Assembly (NCBI GenBank): GCA_964016885.1
Contig: OZ024741.1
Span: 293,880,001-293,944,000 of the forward strand
DNA from: Eledone cirrhosa
Lineage: Eukaryota
DNA length: 64,000 bases
Reading direction: 5' to 3'
Shown in pieces: positions 1-12,948 of the stretch (positions are counted from its first letter, which is position 1; each line of letters opens with the position of its first letter). A program made the translations under genes and the position numbers. The notes under the pieces are model-generated. The model made no database searches, was not told the origin of the DNA, and saw only the letters and a list, made by a program, of their open reading frames with translations.

Positions 1-623
1 CAAGCGTTGAAAGTGAAATCTATATTCTAAGGATTGTGTATGAAAGTAGGCCAGAGAAGGTAGGCGAAAAAAGGTTTCTGGAGAAAATAGAGGAGGGACG
101 TTATAGAATGGCTAAATCAATTGAGATTATGTTTAATTTTTATATATCTTTCTCTTATTTTTTTATTGTCACCTAATCTCAATTGATTTAGCCATTCTAT
201 AACGTCCCTCCTCTATTTTCTCCAGAAACCTTTTTTCGCCTACCTTCTCTGGCCTACTTTCATACACAATCCTTAGAATATAGATTTCACTTTCAACGCT
301 TGACCGACTCCACCCACTCCCTCATTGTTCTACAGGCAAGTACAGCCACCCCCACCTCCCACCCACTGCCATGAGAGACTTATTTCTGTTTACAACAAAT
401 TTTGACCAATCCTCTTGACAACTACAATATTCCCATATAAGGAAGTACCCCTTGAAAAGTTTGGCTATTTATTTACTAGACTAAAAAATCTAATTTAGTC
501 CAGAAATAACCACCGAAACGGCTTGAGCTCTGCCGTCGGGGTCATACTTTTTCCTATTACCCTAAGTATTGAGTACTCTGGTGCATTATGGTCCATCTGG
601 TTCCTTACCACAACTCCTTTGTT
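1..623 (+). mobile_element. Fold-back island (probable PLE pLTR): inverted repeat 1-129 / 174-302, then hammerhead and family terminus
   Basis: Exact reverse-complement arms; the same family occurs at 11766-11943, 20508-21055 and 40966-41110. The left arm probably continues outside the window. Confidence 0.75.
447..542 (+). ncRNA. Type I hammerhead ribozyme candidate, U3-A8 core variant
   Basis: ACCCC-TTGAAAA-[long stem II]-GAAA-CGGC(TTGAGCTCT)GCCG-TC/GGGGT. Confidence 0.7.
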
Positions 624-837
624 ATATATATAGAGAGAGAGGTAGTCTGTGGTGCTGAGACCTAGTAGACCACTAATCATGTGAGTACTCGATACATGGG
701 GAGATGTAGAGTCGGTATAGAGATGTGTAAAATCCTGACTGTGGCCCTTAAAAAGGCTTGCTGAACGCACAAGCTGAAATCACTTGGGGCTATGGCCGGA
801 ATTTTACATACATCACTCTCTCTCTCATTCTCTCTCT

Positions 838-1304
<467 letters not shown>

Positions 1305-1360
1305 TAAAAAAATAATGAATAAAACAATGAAACAGTTCCTTATATTAAACAAAAAAAGTT

Positions 1361-1510
1361 CATTATTTAACGATCGTTTCTAGGATATATATGTGTTAGA
1401 ATTGGCATGCATATTCAACAGATCTATGTACAAAATTATACAAAATTATACAAACTATCAAAATTAAATATACATACCAACACATATATATGCCGTCTTC
1501 AGAAATAATG
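1361..1510 (-). ncRNA. Type I hammerhead candidate with very long stem II and palindromic stem III
   Basis: CATTATTT-CTGAAGA-[~115 nt]-GAAA-CGATCG-TT/AAATAATG. Confidence 0.7.
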
Positions 1511-1594
1511 ATTATATATATATATAGTAATAATAAATTTGAAGACTAAAATCCAAAGAGGTCTCGATAAGGATAAATATATATCAGATATAAT

Positions 1595-1937
1595 GGAGGC
1601 ACATGGCTTAGTGGTTAGAGCATTGGCCTTGCAATCGAAAGGTTGTGAGTTCAATTCTCAGACCGGGTGATGTGTTGTTTCTTTGAGCAAGACACTTTAT
1701 TTCACATTGCTCCAGTTTACTCAGCTGTAGAAATGAGATGATAGGGACTGGGGTCCATATCATTCCACTGCAAAGTGGTCGTGGAGATACCACGGCAAAA
1801 AAGCACCCACCACTCACTGTAAAATGAGGTTGGTGTTAGGAAGGGCATCCAGCTGTAGAAATCAAGCCAGAATCAGTTCCCGTCCAACCCTTGCAAGCAG
1901 GGAAAAGCGGACATAAAATGATGATGATGATGATGAT
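1595..1937 (+). mobile_element. tRNA-derived SINE with CORE-like middle and RTE-derived tail
   Basis: A box TGGCTTAGTGG, B box GTTCAATTC, TTGAGCAAGACACTT..CTCCAGTTTACTCAGCTGTAGAAATG, RTE 3' UTR-like tail, (GAT)n. Confidence 0.85.
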
Positions 1938-1956
1938 ATATAAGAACCGTAGAGCA

Positions 1957-2328
1957 AATATTTATTAAAATAACAGATTAAAGTTTAAGCAAAGAATCGC
2001 TGCTTTCACCCTTTTTTACGTTCATTGCCAGAGAATAATAGAATATTAGTCTACGACTTCATTTATACCATAAACGTGGTTTTGTCTTTGCGTGTAACTG
2101 TTTTCACCGCACCAAATTATGACATATTATCTTCGTTTTTTTCCGTTCTTCGCCAGGGAACGTTTCCATGAACCAAAGTATCATCTTCCTGTCTTCCTTC
2201 GGTTGCAACGTTTTTTGAAATATTTACTTCTGCGTTCACAGATTGATTTTTTTAGTTTCAGAAGATCCCGTTAAGGGTGAAAGCAGCGATTCTTTGCTTA
2301 AACTTTAATCTGTTATTTTAATAAATAT
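1957..2328. mobile_element. TA-flanked element with ~56-bp terminal inverted repeats; solo ends at 14947-15040 and 52707-52760
   Basis: TATTTATTAAAATAACAGATT..GCTTTCACCCTT and its exact reverse complement at about 2273-2328. Confidence 0.7.
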
Positions 2329-4374
2329 ATATATATATATTTAATATATATATATATATATTTACATAATAAACATAATCAACTAGCTCTGTACTATACA
2401 TATAGCACTCTTCTTTCCTTTACCTTTTCTATGGAAATACGCACGCACACACACATATATATATAACCCATGCTAGCATGACAGAATGGATGTAAAATGG
2501 TGATGATGATGAAATATATATGATAACGTGGTTTCCCGAGTTGTGTTGGAGGATAACCACAGTTAAAAATGGTACTGAATCTATTGGTAGAGTATAAGCA
2601 TCTTTATTCTATATAGAAATGACTTCTACAAGACTAGCTCTGTTTTATTTTTGCTCATACAGATCTGATTTTGACCATCCAAAATGTTACATATCCCTTC
2701 TTTATATCATATTTTTTTTATTCCATAGTCTTCCATTGCTGCTTTCCAATACAGACCATAACTAGTTTCCTTCGATTCTACTGTTTTACCAAAATTATTT
2801 ACTTCATTATACTTCATGAAACAAACAACAGTTGCTTCCATTATTTATGTCCCTTTGATGTTATTTTGTCAGGCTCCTTTGTGATGCTAGTGTACAAAAC
2901 CCCAACAATCCTGCGGGTGTATTATTATGATAGACACACACACACACATATATATATGGGTGGGTGTGCGTCTGTGTGTATTTATACACATTCATATACA
3001 TAAACATAAACACACACACACATATATATATACACCCATATACACACACACATATATACATATGCATACACATACACACAAAAAATATATATACATATTT
3101 ACTCAAATACACACACGCACACATATATATATCTATGTGTGTGTGTCTTTTGTATGTATGTATGTTTGTATGTTTGCTTTAATGATTACAGTTTACAATG
3201 TTTTTTTTTTGTTTTTTTACCAGTGAGGCAAATAATGCAAATATGATTTGCTGGTTTCCCCACTGAGATTACCTCTTTGTTCAACAATTCTATGATTTCA
3301 TAACCAACATTTCAACAAGATAAATGTTCCTTTCCTGTTAAGTAATAAATCATAAGACTAAGGAACACAATGGAGAGCATATCTCCTGGTATTTCTCTTT
3401 TGTTTATTCTGGTATTTATTCATTCATTTACATTATTAATGTTTAATTGAAATTAAGTGAAATCTAAAATTATATATTGTGTCTAATTGTGATTATCAAA
3501 AATCTGTTATAAATAATATGTTGTGTTTAATAGCGATTATCAAATTTGTTTCACTTATTATATTCTTCTCTGTATAACATGTTCACATATAACATGTACC
3601 CCTTTTTGACCAGAAAGATGTCTAGAAAAGTCTAGTTTTGGTGTATAAATATTTAGTTATGATGTATACTGTGCATCACTAAAATAAACAAAGAAAAGTG
3701 TAAAAATAACTATGTGGTATACATGGAAGACTACAGTACATATTGTGTTTAACCCTTAAGTCAACTAGTAGAGTCTTTAGAGAGAATGTTTTGCAGTAAT
3801 CATTCTGGTTTTCTGCACACACATCCCCCCCCCCCCGCCCCCATTTGAAATCCTAATCCCACCAATATCAACTTTGTCTTTCATCATTTTGAGGGTGTCA
3901 ATAAATAAAGTAACAACCCAGTGCGGATGAAGGCCTCTCTCTTTCCCTCAACCTGTCATATCCTGTATGTTTTGCTGAATCGATAGAACTGAGAGAATGT
4001 CAATATCTGCTCTTGACTACATGGACACCTAAAATCCTAAGTGATAGCATGGTACATAATACCAAGTCATACTCGATTTTTAGAGACAGGTGTAGTTTTA
4101 GTTGAGGTTATTGGTTACTTATCAAATGGAGGACAATGTAGAGTAGGGACATCTCTAGCTTTGTTAGGGATATGACAACTTCTCTTGTGCTGGGGGCACA
4201 ATAATATGCATCCAGTACAGCCCCTAGTAAAGTGTTTAGAGCAAGGGTCATGCAGTCATAAAAACCATGACAAAAAAAAAAATGAGTGTGTGTGTGTCTA
4301 TATCTATAAAAATATATACACACACACACATACACACGTGTGCATGTGTGTGTGTATAAATGTATGCATGTATG

Positions 4375-4413
<39 letters not shown>

Positions 4414-4481
4414 AGATCAAAAGATGGTTAAAGGAGTTCCATCAACAAGTGTTTTTTTAGCCTTCATATCATGTTCTCCTG

Positions 4482-4548
4482 TTTTATCTGATGAAAACAC
4501 AAATATTATTGTTTGATGATGTTTGTTTTTGAAATGCGCATAATAAAA
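4482..4548 (+). ncRNA. Type I hammerhead candidate
   Basis: TTTTAT-CTGATGA-[stem II]-GAAA-TGCGCA-TA/ATAAAA, enclosed by inverted repeat 4406-4442 / 4552-4588. Confidence 0.8.
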
Positions 4549-4671
4549 TATATGGAACTCCTTTAACCATCTTTTGATCTTATATTATGCATACTCCAGT
4601 CCCACAAACTGTAGAGTGCTTCTTATCCGATATCTGCATTGCTTTATTGTACTACAATAAAACTCACCTCC

Positions 4672-4723
<52 letters not shown>

Positions 4724-5291
4724 ATATCCTATACAAAATCACTGAAGGGTAGAACTCTGTAAAGTACTCTAAACAATACTTCACAAGCACCTTTCCCCAG
4801 AGATATACTCACAATCAAGCAACCTAAACATAAGAAGCCTGACTAAAATTCCCTGACTGCAATTTGATTGCAGTTTCTAACTGAAGAATTAAATCTGGTC
4901 ATTCCAATAGTTTCATATGGCCATCATTACCATAACAGTTTGTCATTGGAAAGGATTCTGTAACGTATAAGGATATAAATACCTGTTGAGAGAAATTTTG
5001 TCATTTCTCATCTGTCCAGTATGCTGCAATAAAAAATAATAATATTGCACGCATGTAAAGATCTGCAAGCAAGGTAAATATTTGTACATATGGACAAAAT
5101 GACAGGCCTGAAATGCTGCTAGGAATAGCAGTCAATACAAGCTGTCAATCAGCTCACCATTTTTAGGAGCAGTATTTATTATTATACATAATTAAATTTG
5201 TCACGAATATACATAACATCTCAGTGGAAAGAGATTGCTAGAAAGATCTCATACCAATGTAACAACAATTTTGTAGGCGGTCCCTGAATCA

Positions 5292-5468
5292 AATTTTCTC
5301 GATCCAGTGACATTTTCTTAGAGAGGTGCAAGTGTGCAAGGTCAGAATTTGCCATGTCGTCCCAGGTTTTTCTGGGTCTACCTACTTCCGTAACTTCCAT
5401 CAATTTTGATCACCCTGCACTTTTTATACAGCTGTCGTCTTTTATGCGCATCACGTGACCATACCAAG
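5292..5468 (-). mobile_element. RTE C-terminal fragment
   Basis: GRPRKTWDD..SDLAHLHLSKKMSLDR matches the RTE A C-terminus. Confidence 0.8.
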
Positions 5469-5469
5469 G

Positions 5470-5540
<71 letters not shown>

Positions 5541-5583
5541 CATACAAATATATATATATATATACACACACATATAATTACAA

Positions 5584-6888
5584 GAGAGTTTCTTAGAGAA
5601 GAATATGCCACTATACTTAGCTTTTATTGACCTAGAGAAGGCCTTTGATAGGGTACCCCGATCTGTCATCTGGTGGTCCTTAAGGAAATTAGGTGTTGAG
5701 GAATGGCTTGTGAGGACAGTGCAAACTTTGTACAGAGGTGCTGTCAGTAAAGTCAGGGTAGGAATGGAGTTTAGTGAGGAATTCCAGATACAAGTAGGAG
5801 TACATCAGGGTTCGGTCCTCAGCCCACTCTTGTTCATTATAGTCCTCCAAGCCATAACAGAGGAGTTTAAGACTGGCTGTCCATGGGAACTTCTCTATGC
5901 TGACGATCTGGTTCTTATAGCAGAATCAGTAGAGTAGCTAGAGAATAAATTCTGGCTATGGAAACAGCAGTTGGAATCAAGAGGACTGAGAGTGAACCTA
6001 GCTGAGACAAAAGTGTTGACAAGTAGAAAAGAGGACAAAACTCTGATTCCATCAGGAAAATGGCCATGTTCGATATGTAGAAAAGGAACTAGCATACATT
6101 CTATAAAATACACACAATGCTGATCTTGGGTACACAAGAGATGTAGTGGGATAGCAGGCAAATTAACAGGTAGGGAGAAATACATATGCAGTGGATGTAC
6201 AGGAAATCAGACAGTAGAAGTCGCATTGATAGCCACATTTTTCAAATGCACGTGGGTGCTCTGGAAGTGGTTGATAGCTTCCGGTACCTAGGAGATCAGA
6301 TTAGCATGGAGGGGGGGGGGGGTTCCAAGGCAATAGTATCTAGAATAAGGACGGATTGGAAGAAGTTTAGGGAGCTGTTTCCTCTGCTGATGAAAAAGTG
6401 TTTCTCCCTGCATATGAAAGGCCAGTTATATGATGCCTGTGTGAGGAGCACGATGCTACATGGTAGTGAGACATGGGCAGCAACTGCAGACGATATGCAA
6501 CGGCTGGAGAGAAATGAGGCAAACATGCTCCGTTGGATGTGCAATGTCAATGTGTGTGAATGACCAAGCATGGATGTGTTGAGAGAGAAACTGTGTCTGA
6601 GAAGGATAGAATGTAGTATGCGAGAGAGGAGACTGCGGTGGTATGGCCATGTGATGCATGGAGGATGTCCAATGGATGAAGAAGTGCCAGGAAATGCCAG
6701 TTGAAGCAAGACGCAGTAGAGGTAGACCACAAAAATCAAGGGCGGAGGTGGTGAGGGCAGACCTCAGATCGCTGAAGCTCACAGCGGAGATGACGTAGGA
6801 CTGTGACAAGTGGAGAGATGCTGTACTGAATAGGACCCGTCCCACCCTTGCAAGCAGGGAAAAGCGGATGTAAAATGATGATGATGAT
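5584..6888 (+). mobile_element. Degenerate 5'-truncated RTE (family C, very short 3' UTR)
   Basis: FIDLEKAFDRVP, GVHQGSVLSP, LYADD in 5605..5937; in-frame stops and frameshifts downstream; ends CCCTTGCAAGCAGGGAAAAGCGGATGTAAAA(TGA)n. Confidence 0.9.
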
Positions 6889-6946
6889 ACACACACACAC
6901 ATATATATATATACATAAATATTTACATACATATATATATAGATAT

Positions 6947-8978
6947 AGTATAATAAGTAAGGCAATCAAAGATATGAAGACGGGTAAGGCGGCTGGGCCT
7001 TCGGAAATAGTTGCTGAGATGCTGAAAGCCTCCGGTACGGTGGGACACACCATGGTCACCCGGATAGTAAATCAAGTCATACAGAATGGGGTTGTTCCGA
7101 AGGACTGGTGTAGCAGCATCATCGTTAACTGTTACAAGGGTAAAGGAGACGCCCTAGATAGGAGTAACTATAGAGGCATTAAATTAATCGACCAGGTCAT
7201 GAAGGGCACGGAAAAAGTAATAGCGCAACTAATCAGAGAGAGAATTGATCTAGATGAAATGCAGTTCGGGTTTGTGTCAGGCAAAAGTACCACAGACGCT
7301 CTTTTCATTGTACGACAACTACAGAAGTACCTAGCTAAAAGTAAACCCCTATACTTAGCTTTTGTCGATTGGAGAAAGCCTTCGACAGAGTCCCCCGTTC
7401 CATTATCTGGTGGGCTCTTAGAAAACTAGGTGTTGACGAATGGCTTGTGAGAGCCATACAAGCCATGTATAAAGAAACAGTCAGCAAGGTTAGAATTAAC
7501 AACGAATATAGTGAAGAGTTTAGCGTAAAAGTTGGTGTCCATCAGGGCTCTGTTCTTAGCCCCCTACTATTTATTATTGCCCTTCAGGCTATAACAGAGG
7601 AGTTCAAGACCGGCTGCCCATGGGAACTCCTATACGCAGATGATCTAATGCTCATAGCTGAATCAATGGCCGAGCTAGAGAAGAAATTCCAAACATGGAA
7701 GCACGGCCTAGAATCAAAAGGCCTTAAAATTAACCTGGCTAAGACTAAAGTTCTAGTTTGTAGGAAAGAAAATAAGGCGCCGGTCCCCTCCGGGAAATGG
7801 CCATGCTCAGTGTGTAGGAAAGATGTAGGTAGAAACTCCATTTTATGTCCCAAATGCAAAGTATGGGTGCATAAAAGATGTAGTGGGATCACATGTAAGC
7901 TAACTAAGAACACAGATTTTACATGTGGCCGGTGCTCTGGTGTAATAAGTAGCAGCAAGTGCCCACAAAATACTAACTCTTTCAATTGCGCAGAGGGTTC
8001 TATAGAAATAGTGGACAGCTTCCGTTACCTGGGTGACAAAATCAGCAGTGGGGGAGGGTGCTCTGAAAGTACAGTAGCTAGAGTCAGAACTGGATGGAAA
8101 AAGTTCAGAGAGCTTATACCACTATTAGCCGCTAAAGGGTTCTCCCTAAAAATGAAAGGCAGGTTGTATGATGTCTGCATACGAACAGCAATGTTGCATG
8201 GCAGTGAGACCTGGGCATTGCGTGCAGAGGATATACGCAGACTAGAGAGGAATGAAGCTTGCATGCTCCGCTGGATGTGTAATAGTAATATACGTGAACG
8301 GCAAAGCATAAACGAACTAAGGAAAAAATTAGAAATAAGAGGGATCAGATGTTGTTTACTCGAGACGAGGCTACGTTGGTATGGTCACGTGATGCGCATG
8401 AAAGACGACAGCTGTATAACAAAGTGCAGGGCAATAAAGATAGATGGTAGCCACGGAGTAGGCAGACCCAGGAAAACCTGGGACGAGCTGATAAATTCCA
8501 ACCTCACACACTTACACCTCTCCAAGACAATGTCACTGGACCGAGACCTTTGGCGGTACTCAGTAACAGAGAAGACCCGCCTTACCTAAATACAAAGTAA
8601 AACCTACTAGTCAGTAGGCATCTCTAACAAAATACACCCCCGTCCCACCCCATCCACACCGCCCCCTTCAATGCAAAATTATGTTGGTGCCACAACATCC
8701 AGGCCGAAACAAATGAGATCGTGTAGGTGTCACAACAAAAAAACACACAGTCCACGCTGTAATGTGGCCGTGTAGGCAACACGGTAAAAACCTCCCAGCC
8801 CCACACTGTAAATGTGGTTGGTATTAGGAAGGGCATCCAGCTGTAGAAAACCCGCCAGACAGTCCTATGCGAGCAAGACAACCACTCTTGCCTCAAGTGG
8901 GAAAACCCCCGTCCAAACCCATGCAAGCGTGGAACAGGGACGTTAAACGATGATGATGATGATGATGATGATGATGAT
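6947..8978 (+). mobile_element. 5'-truncated RTE family A copy (RT, PHD-like finger, 3' UTR, (GAT)n tail) with a 1-nt frameshift near 7368
   Basis: ORFs 6848..7429 and 7369..8589 match the 53519-56689 protein. GTCGATTGGAG here versus GTCGACTTGGAG in the intact copy. Confidence 0.95.
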
Positions 8979-8991
8979 ATATATAGATATG

Positions 8992-9057
<66 letters not shown>

Positions 9058-9691
9058 GTGTCATATATTTTCAGGTGTGGTTTTGTAGGTTCAGTGGATA
9101 AGTCACATGTTAGTGTTTCATTTTGTATTTTTAAGGAAAACTGTCACTTTTTTCCCCAAGCCAAGTGCTCATTTCTTCACCATTAAGCAACTGGAAGTGC
9201 AAGATCGTGACCTGGTCAGGATACCAGTCCATTGCAGAGTTAACTTCCAGCTACTGCCAGTACAAATGTTCAGCTCAGTGTACACAAGTAACATGAATGT
9301 AATGTGCCACATGGTCAAGGCATTGAAACCTTGGGTGTGTGCTCATATGTCCAGCATCCTAACCAAAAAGCCACATACTCTCATATGATGCATATGTATA
9401 TATGTTATATATCAGGAAAAAATACATATACAGCAATGACATCATAGAGTCATTTTAAAATTTAAAAATCACAAAACTTATGTTAACTTTATATTTTTCG
9501 TTTGTGTACGACATTTACTCCAATCAGATAAATTTGCTATATTTGCATAAAGGAAACAACAAAGGACAGTAGTAATAGTCATAGTGGTGGTGCTGGTATA
9601 TAATGGTTTCAGTAAAATTCATACCTTAAAAGTATTTAATGTAAAGATTTATTTTATTTTTAGTCCCTATATATGTGTATTTGTGTAAGTA

Positions 9692-9734
<43 letters not shown>

Positions 9735-9741
<7 letters not shown>

Positions 9742-9932
9742 TATATATATATATTATATAATGTATATATATGAATATTTCATTATGTATATATATACAC
9801 ACACACATATATATATATATTATATAATGTATATATATGAATATTTCATTATGTATATATATATACACACACACATATATATATATATTATATAATGTAT
9901 ATATATGAATATTTCATTATGTATATATATAT

Positions 9933-9950
<18 letters not shown>
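9735..9950. repeat. About 60-bp tandem repeat, 3 copies, within TA/CA microsatellite
   Basis: TATTATATAATGTATATATATGAATATTTCATTATG..CACACAC repeated three times. Confidence 0.8.
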
Positions 9951-9964
<14 letters not shown>

Positions 9965-10089
9965 TTCAAAGATATTTAATTCAACGTAATTTCTAACATG
10001 ATATGCATTTTTTATTGATATTGAAAGGAATAAGTTAACAATTTCTCAGAAACTGAGCTTTTGAGTACGTAGTTGGAATATGGTAGTAT

Positions 10090-10128
<39 letters not shown>

Positions 10129-10539
10129 ACACATGAGGAGGTGGAGGAGGTGGAGGAGGAGACGAAGCGGACACTATATGGAGAATTGACAAGACATTTG
10201 TAATTGTTAAATTTATGAACCTGTTGAGAAAGATAAACAATATTTATATATGTATGTGTGTGTTTCCATGTAGGGTTGGGTGGGGGGTTGTTTTATGTCA
10301 GATTTATGGCAGTTTCCTCAATTTTGTTAAATTTAATGTTGTGTTCTGTCATAATTAATAAGGATACATGTTTACATTTCATTAATTAAAGGGGAGATGT
10401 TGAATTAATTAAATTATGTTTCTCAAATATTCAACTCATCTTTCTATCTGAAGTTCTGAAGAATTGTAAGAAATACATGTTTTTGTACACACATGTGCAC
10501 ATACATGTGCTTGTATGTTTGTGTATATATATGTATATT

Positions 10540-10574
<35 letters not shown>

Positions 10575-10737
10575 ATGTATGTATGTATATGTATGTATGT
10601 ATGTATATGTATGCATGTATATATGTATATGTATGTATGTATGTATATATATGTATGTATATATGTATATATGTATATATGTATATGTATGTATGTATAC
10701 GTATGTATATATATATATATATATATACATATATGTA

Positions 10738-10912
<175 letters not shown>

Positions 10913-10984
10913 TATATATATATATACATATACTGTATATATATATTTCGTTTCTGAATTTGCAACATGACCCTCCCAAAGCAT

Positions 10985-11040
<56 letters not shown>

Positions 11041-11070
11041 TGTGTATATATATATATATATATATATACA

Positions 11071-11167
<97 letters not shown>

Positions 11168-11282
11168 TACGTATACATACATATGTGTGCACAAAGACAC
11201 ACACACACGTCCTCGTCAGATAAAATACATGAATTGATGTATGACATACCTCAACGGTCTTGATAGTTCAATTCCAGTATCT

Positions 11283-11338
11283 CTGACGAGGACGTACTGA
11301 AAAAACAACACAGTACCTTCGAAATATATATAATAAAA
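11283..11338 (+). ncRNA. Hammerhead candidate with the stem I 5' strand disrupted by an inversion junction
   Basis: CTGACGA-GGACGTACTG..CAGTACCTTC-GAAA-TATATA-TA/ATAAAA; the matching TTTTAT-CTGACGAGGACGT lies inverted at 11207-11225. Confidence 0.65.
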
Positions 11339-11560
11339 CATATATTTTGATTATGTGAAGTCTTCATTTATTATTATTCTGAATAATAATAACTCCAGAA
11401 ATCTTATTGTAGAGTGCTTTTAATCTATTGTAAATCTATATTCATTGAGTAATCAATGAGCCATATTAATTTTTGGTTATATATATACATTTGCATACAT
11501 ATATACATTCATATATACATATATGCATATATATGTATATATGAATGTATATATATATGC

Positions 11561-11669
<109 letters not shown>

Positions 11670-11734
11670 CATGCATGTAAATATGTGTGTGTGTGTGTAT
11701 ATATATATACACACACATATATATTCATGTTTGC

Positions 11735-11768
<34 letters not shown>

Positions 11769-11938
11769 CGAAGGAAATGTGGTAGGGAACCAGGTAGGGA
11801 CCATAACGCACCAAAGTACTCAATACTTGAGGTAGTAGAGTGGGTAATAGGAACCAGTAAGACCCCGACAGCTGAGCTCAAGCCGTTTCGACGGCTCGTC
11901 GAAACGGCTTGAGCTCAGCTGTCGGGGTCTTACTGGTT

Positions 11939-11993
<55 letters not shown>

Positions 11994-12534
11994 GCATGTA
12001 AATATGTGTGTATATATATGTATACATATATATACATAAATGAATTTTTTTTTATTATGACATTTGATATTAAATACCTAATATCTGATTATATTTTGTT
12101 AACTAATGTAATGTTGTGCCATTTGTAATTTATGGCATCATATTTATGTTTCCTATGCTTCGAGAAAATGGAGACAACCAATTTTCCACACACACACACC
12201 TACATACATACTCCCACAGAAACAGACACACCTACTCACCATATGGATTTTTCTTTTGAACTGTTCTCATTACACATTCTTATATCACGTATTAAAATTA
12301 GAGTGATTAAATTGTTGACATAAAAGGAAATTTCTTCACTGCATTTTTTAAACTTTTAGATCAGAAATCAGCATTTTATTTTGTAATGGTCCACTGTTGT
12401 TTTTTTCTTTTTTTAGTTTTGCATATATCATTATATATCATTATATCATGCAAGTGTGGGTTCCATCTAATCTTCTTTCTAGTTTTGAGTTAAACATCCA
12501 TGCTTTGAATGTCACTTATCTCACCAATGAATGA

Positions 12535-12948
12535 CTGTATGGGAGCATAGTGTCAGATTGGCAGGGCATTGCTGGAGAGCTAGAGAGAAAATTTTTAGTG
12601 AAGTACTTTTGTGCGAGCCTACACAAGGAAGAGCTAGCAGAGGATGACAAGCCAAGACCTATATCAAGCAGATTTGTGATGTCATAAACTGCAATCCCTC
12701 TGACCTGTTGAATATGATGAACAATAGGATTTGATGGTGACAGTCAGGGGAATCTGTGAAAGCAGTTTTCTTGTGAGCATTTACAAAAGGAAGAGCTGGT
12801 AGAGGACAACAACCCAAGACCTATATAATGTAGATTTATGAGGATATAAACTGCTATCCATCTGACCTACTGAATATGATTAACAATAGAATTGAATGGT
12901 GACAGTCAAAGAAATCCGTGCAAGTAGTGCGATCTGTTGATTGATTGA
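12535..12948 (+). mobile_element. Old LINE 3' end with about 160-bp tandem duplication and (TTGA)n tail
   Basis: Translates RLAGHCWR..LLCEPTQGRASRG..KTYI..LLNMMNNR, similar to the C-terminus at 25540-25740. Confidence 0.6.

Noticed and set aside
1595-1670. tRNA gene (also 21437 and 29056)
   Set aside because: These are SINE heads: A and B boxes run into SINE bodies and no complete cloverleaf is evident.
7584-8309. Antisense ORFs over RTE copies (also 41859-42359, 55684-56499, 63073-63546)
   Set aside because: Shadow frames of the RT coding strand.
9075-9390. Possible host exon after TTTTCAG
   Set aside because: No recognisable protein in any frame and no convincing acceptor/donor pair.
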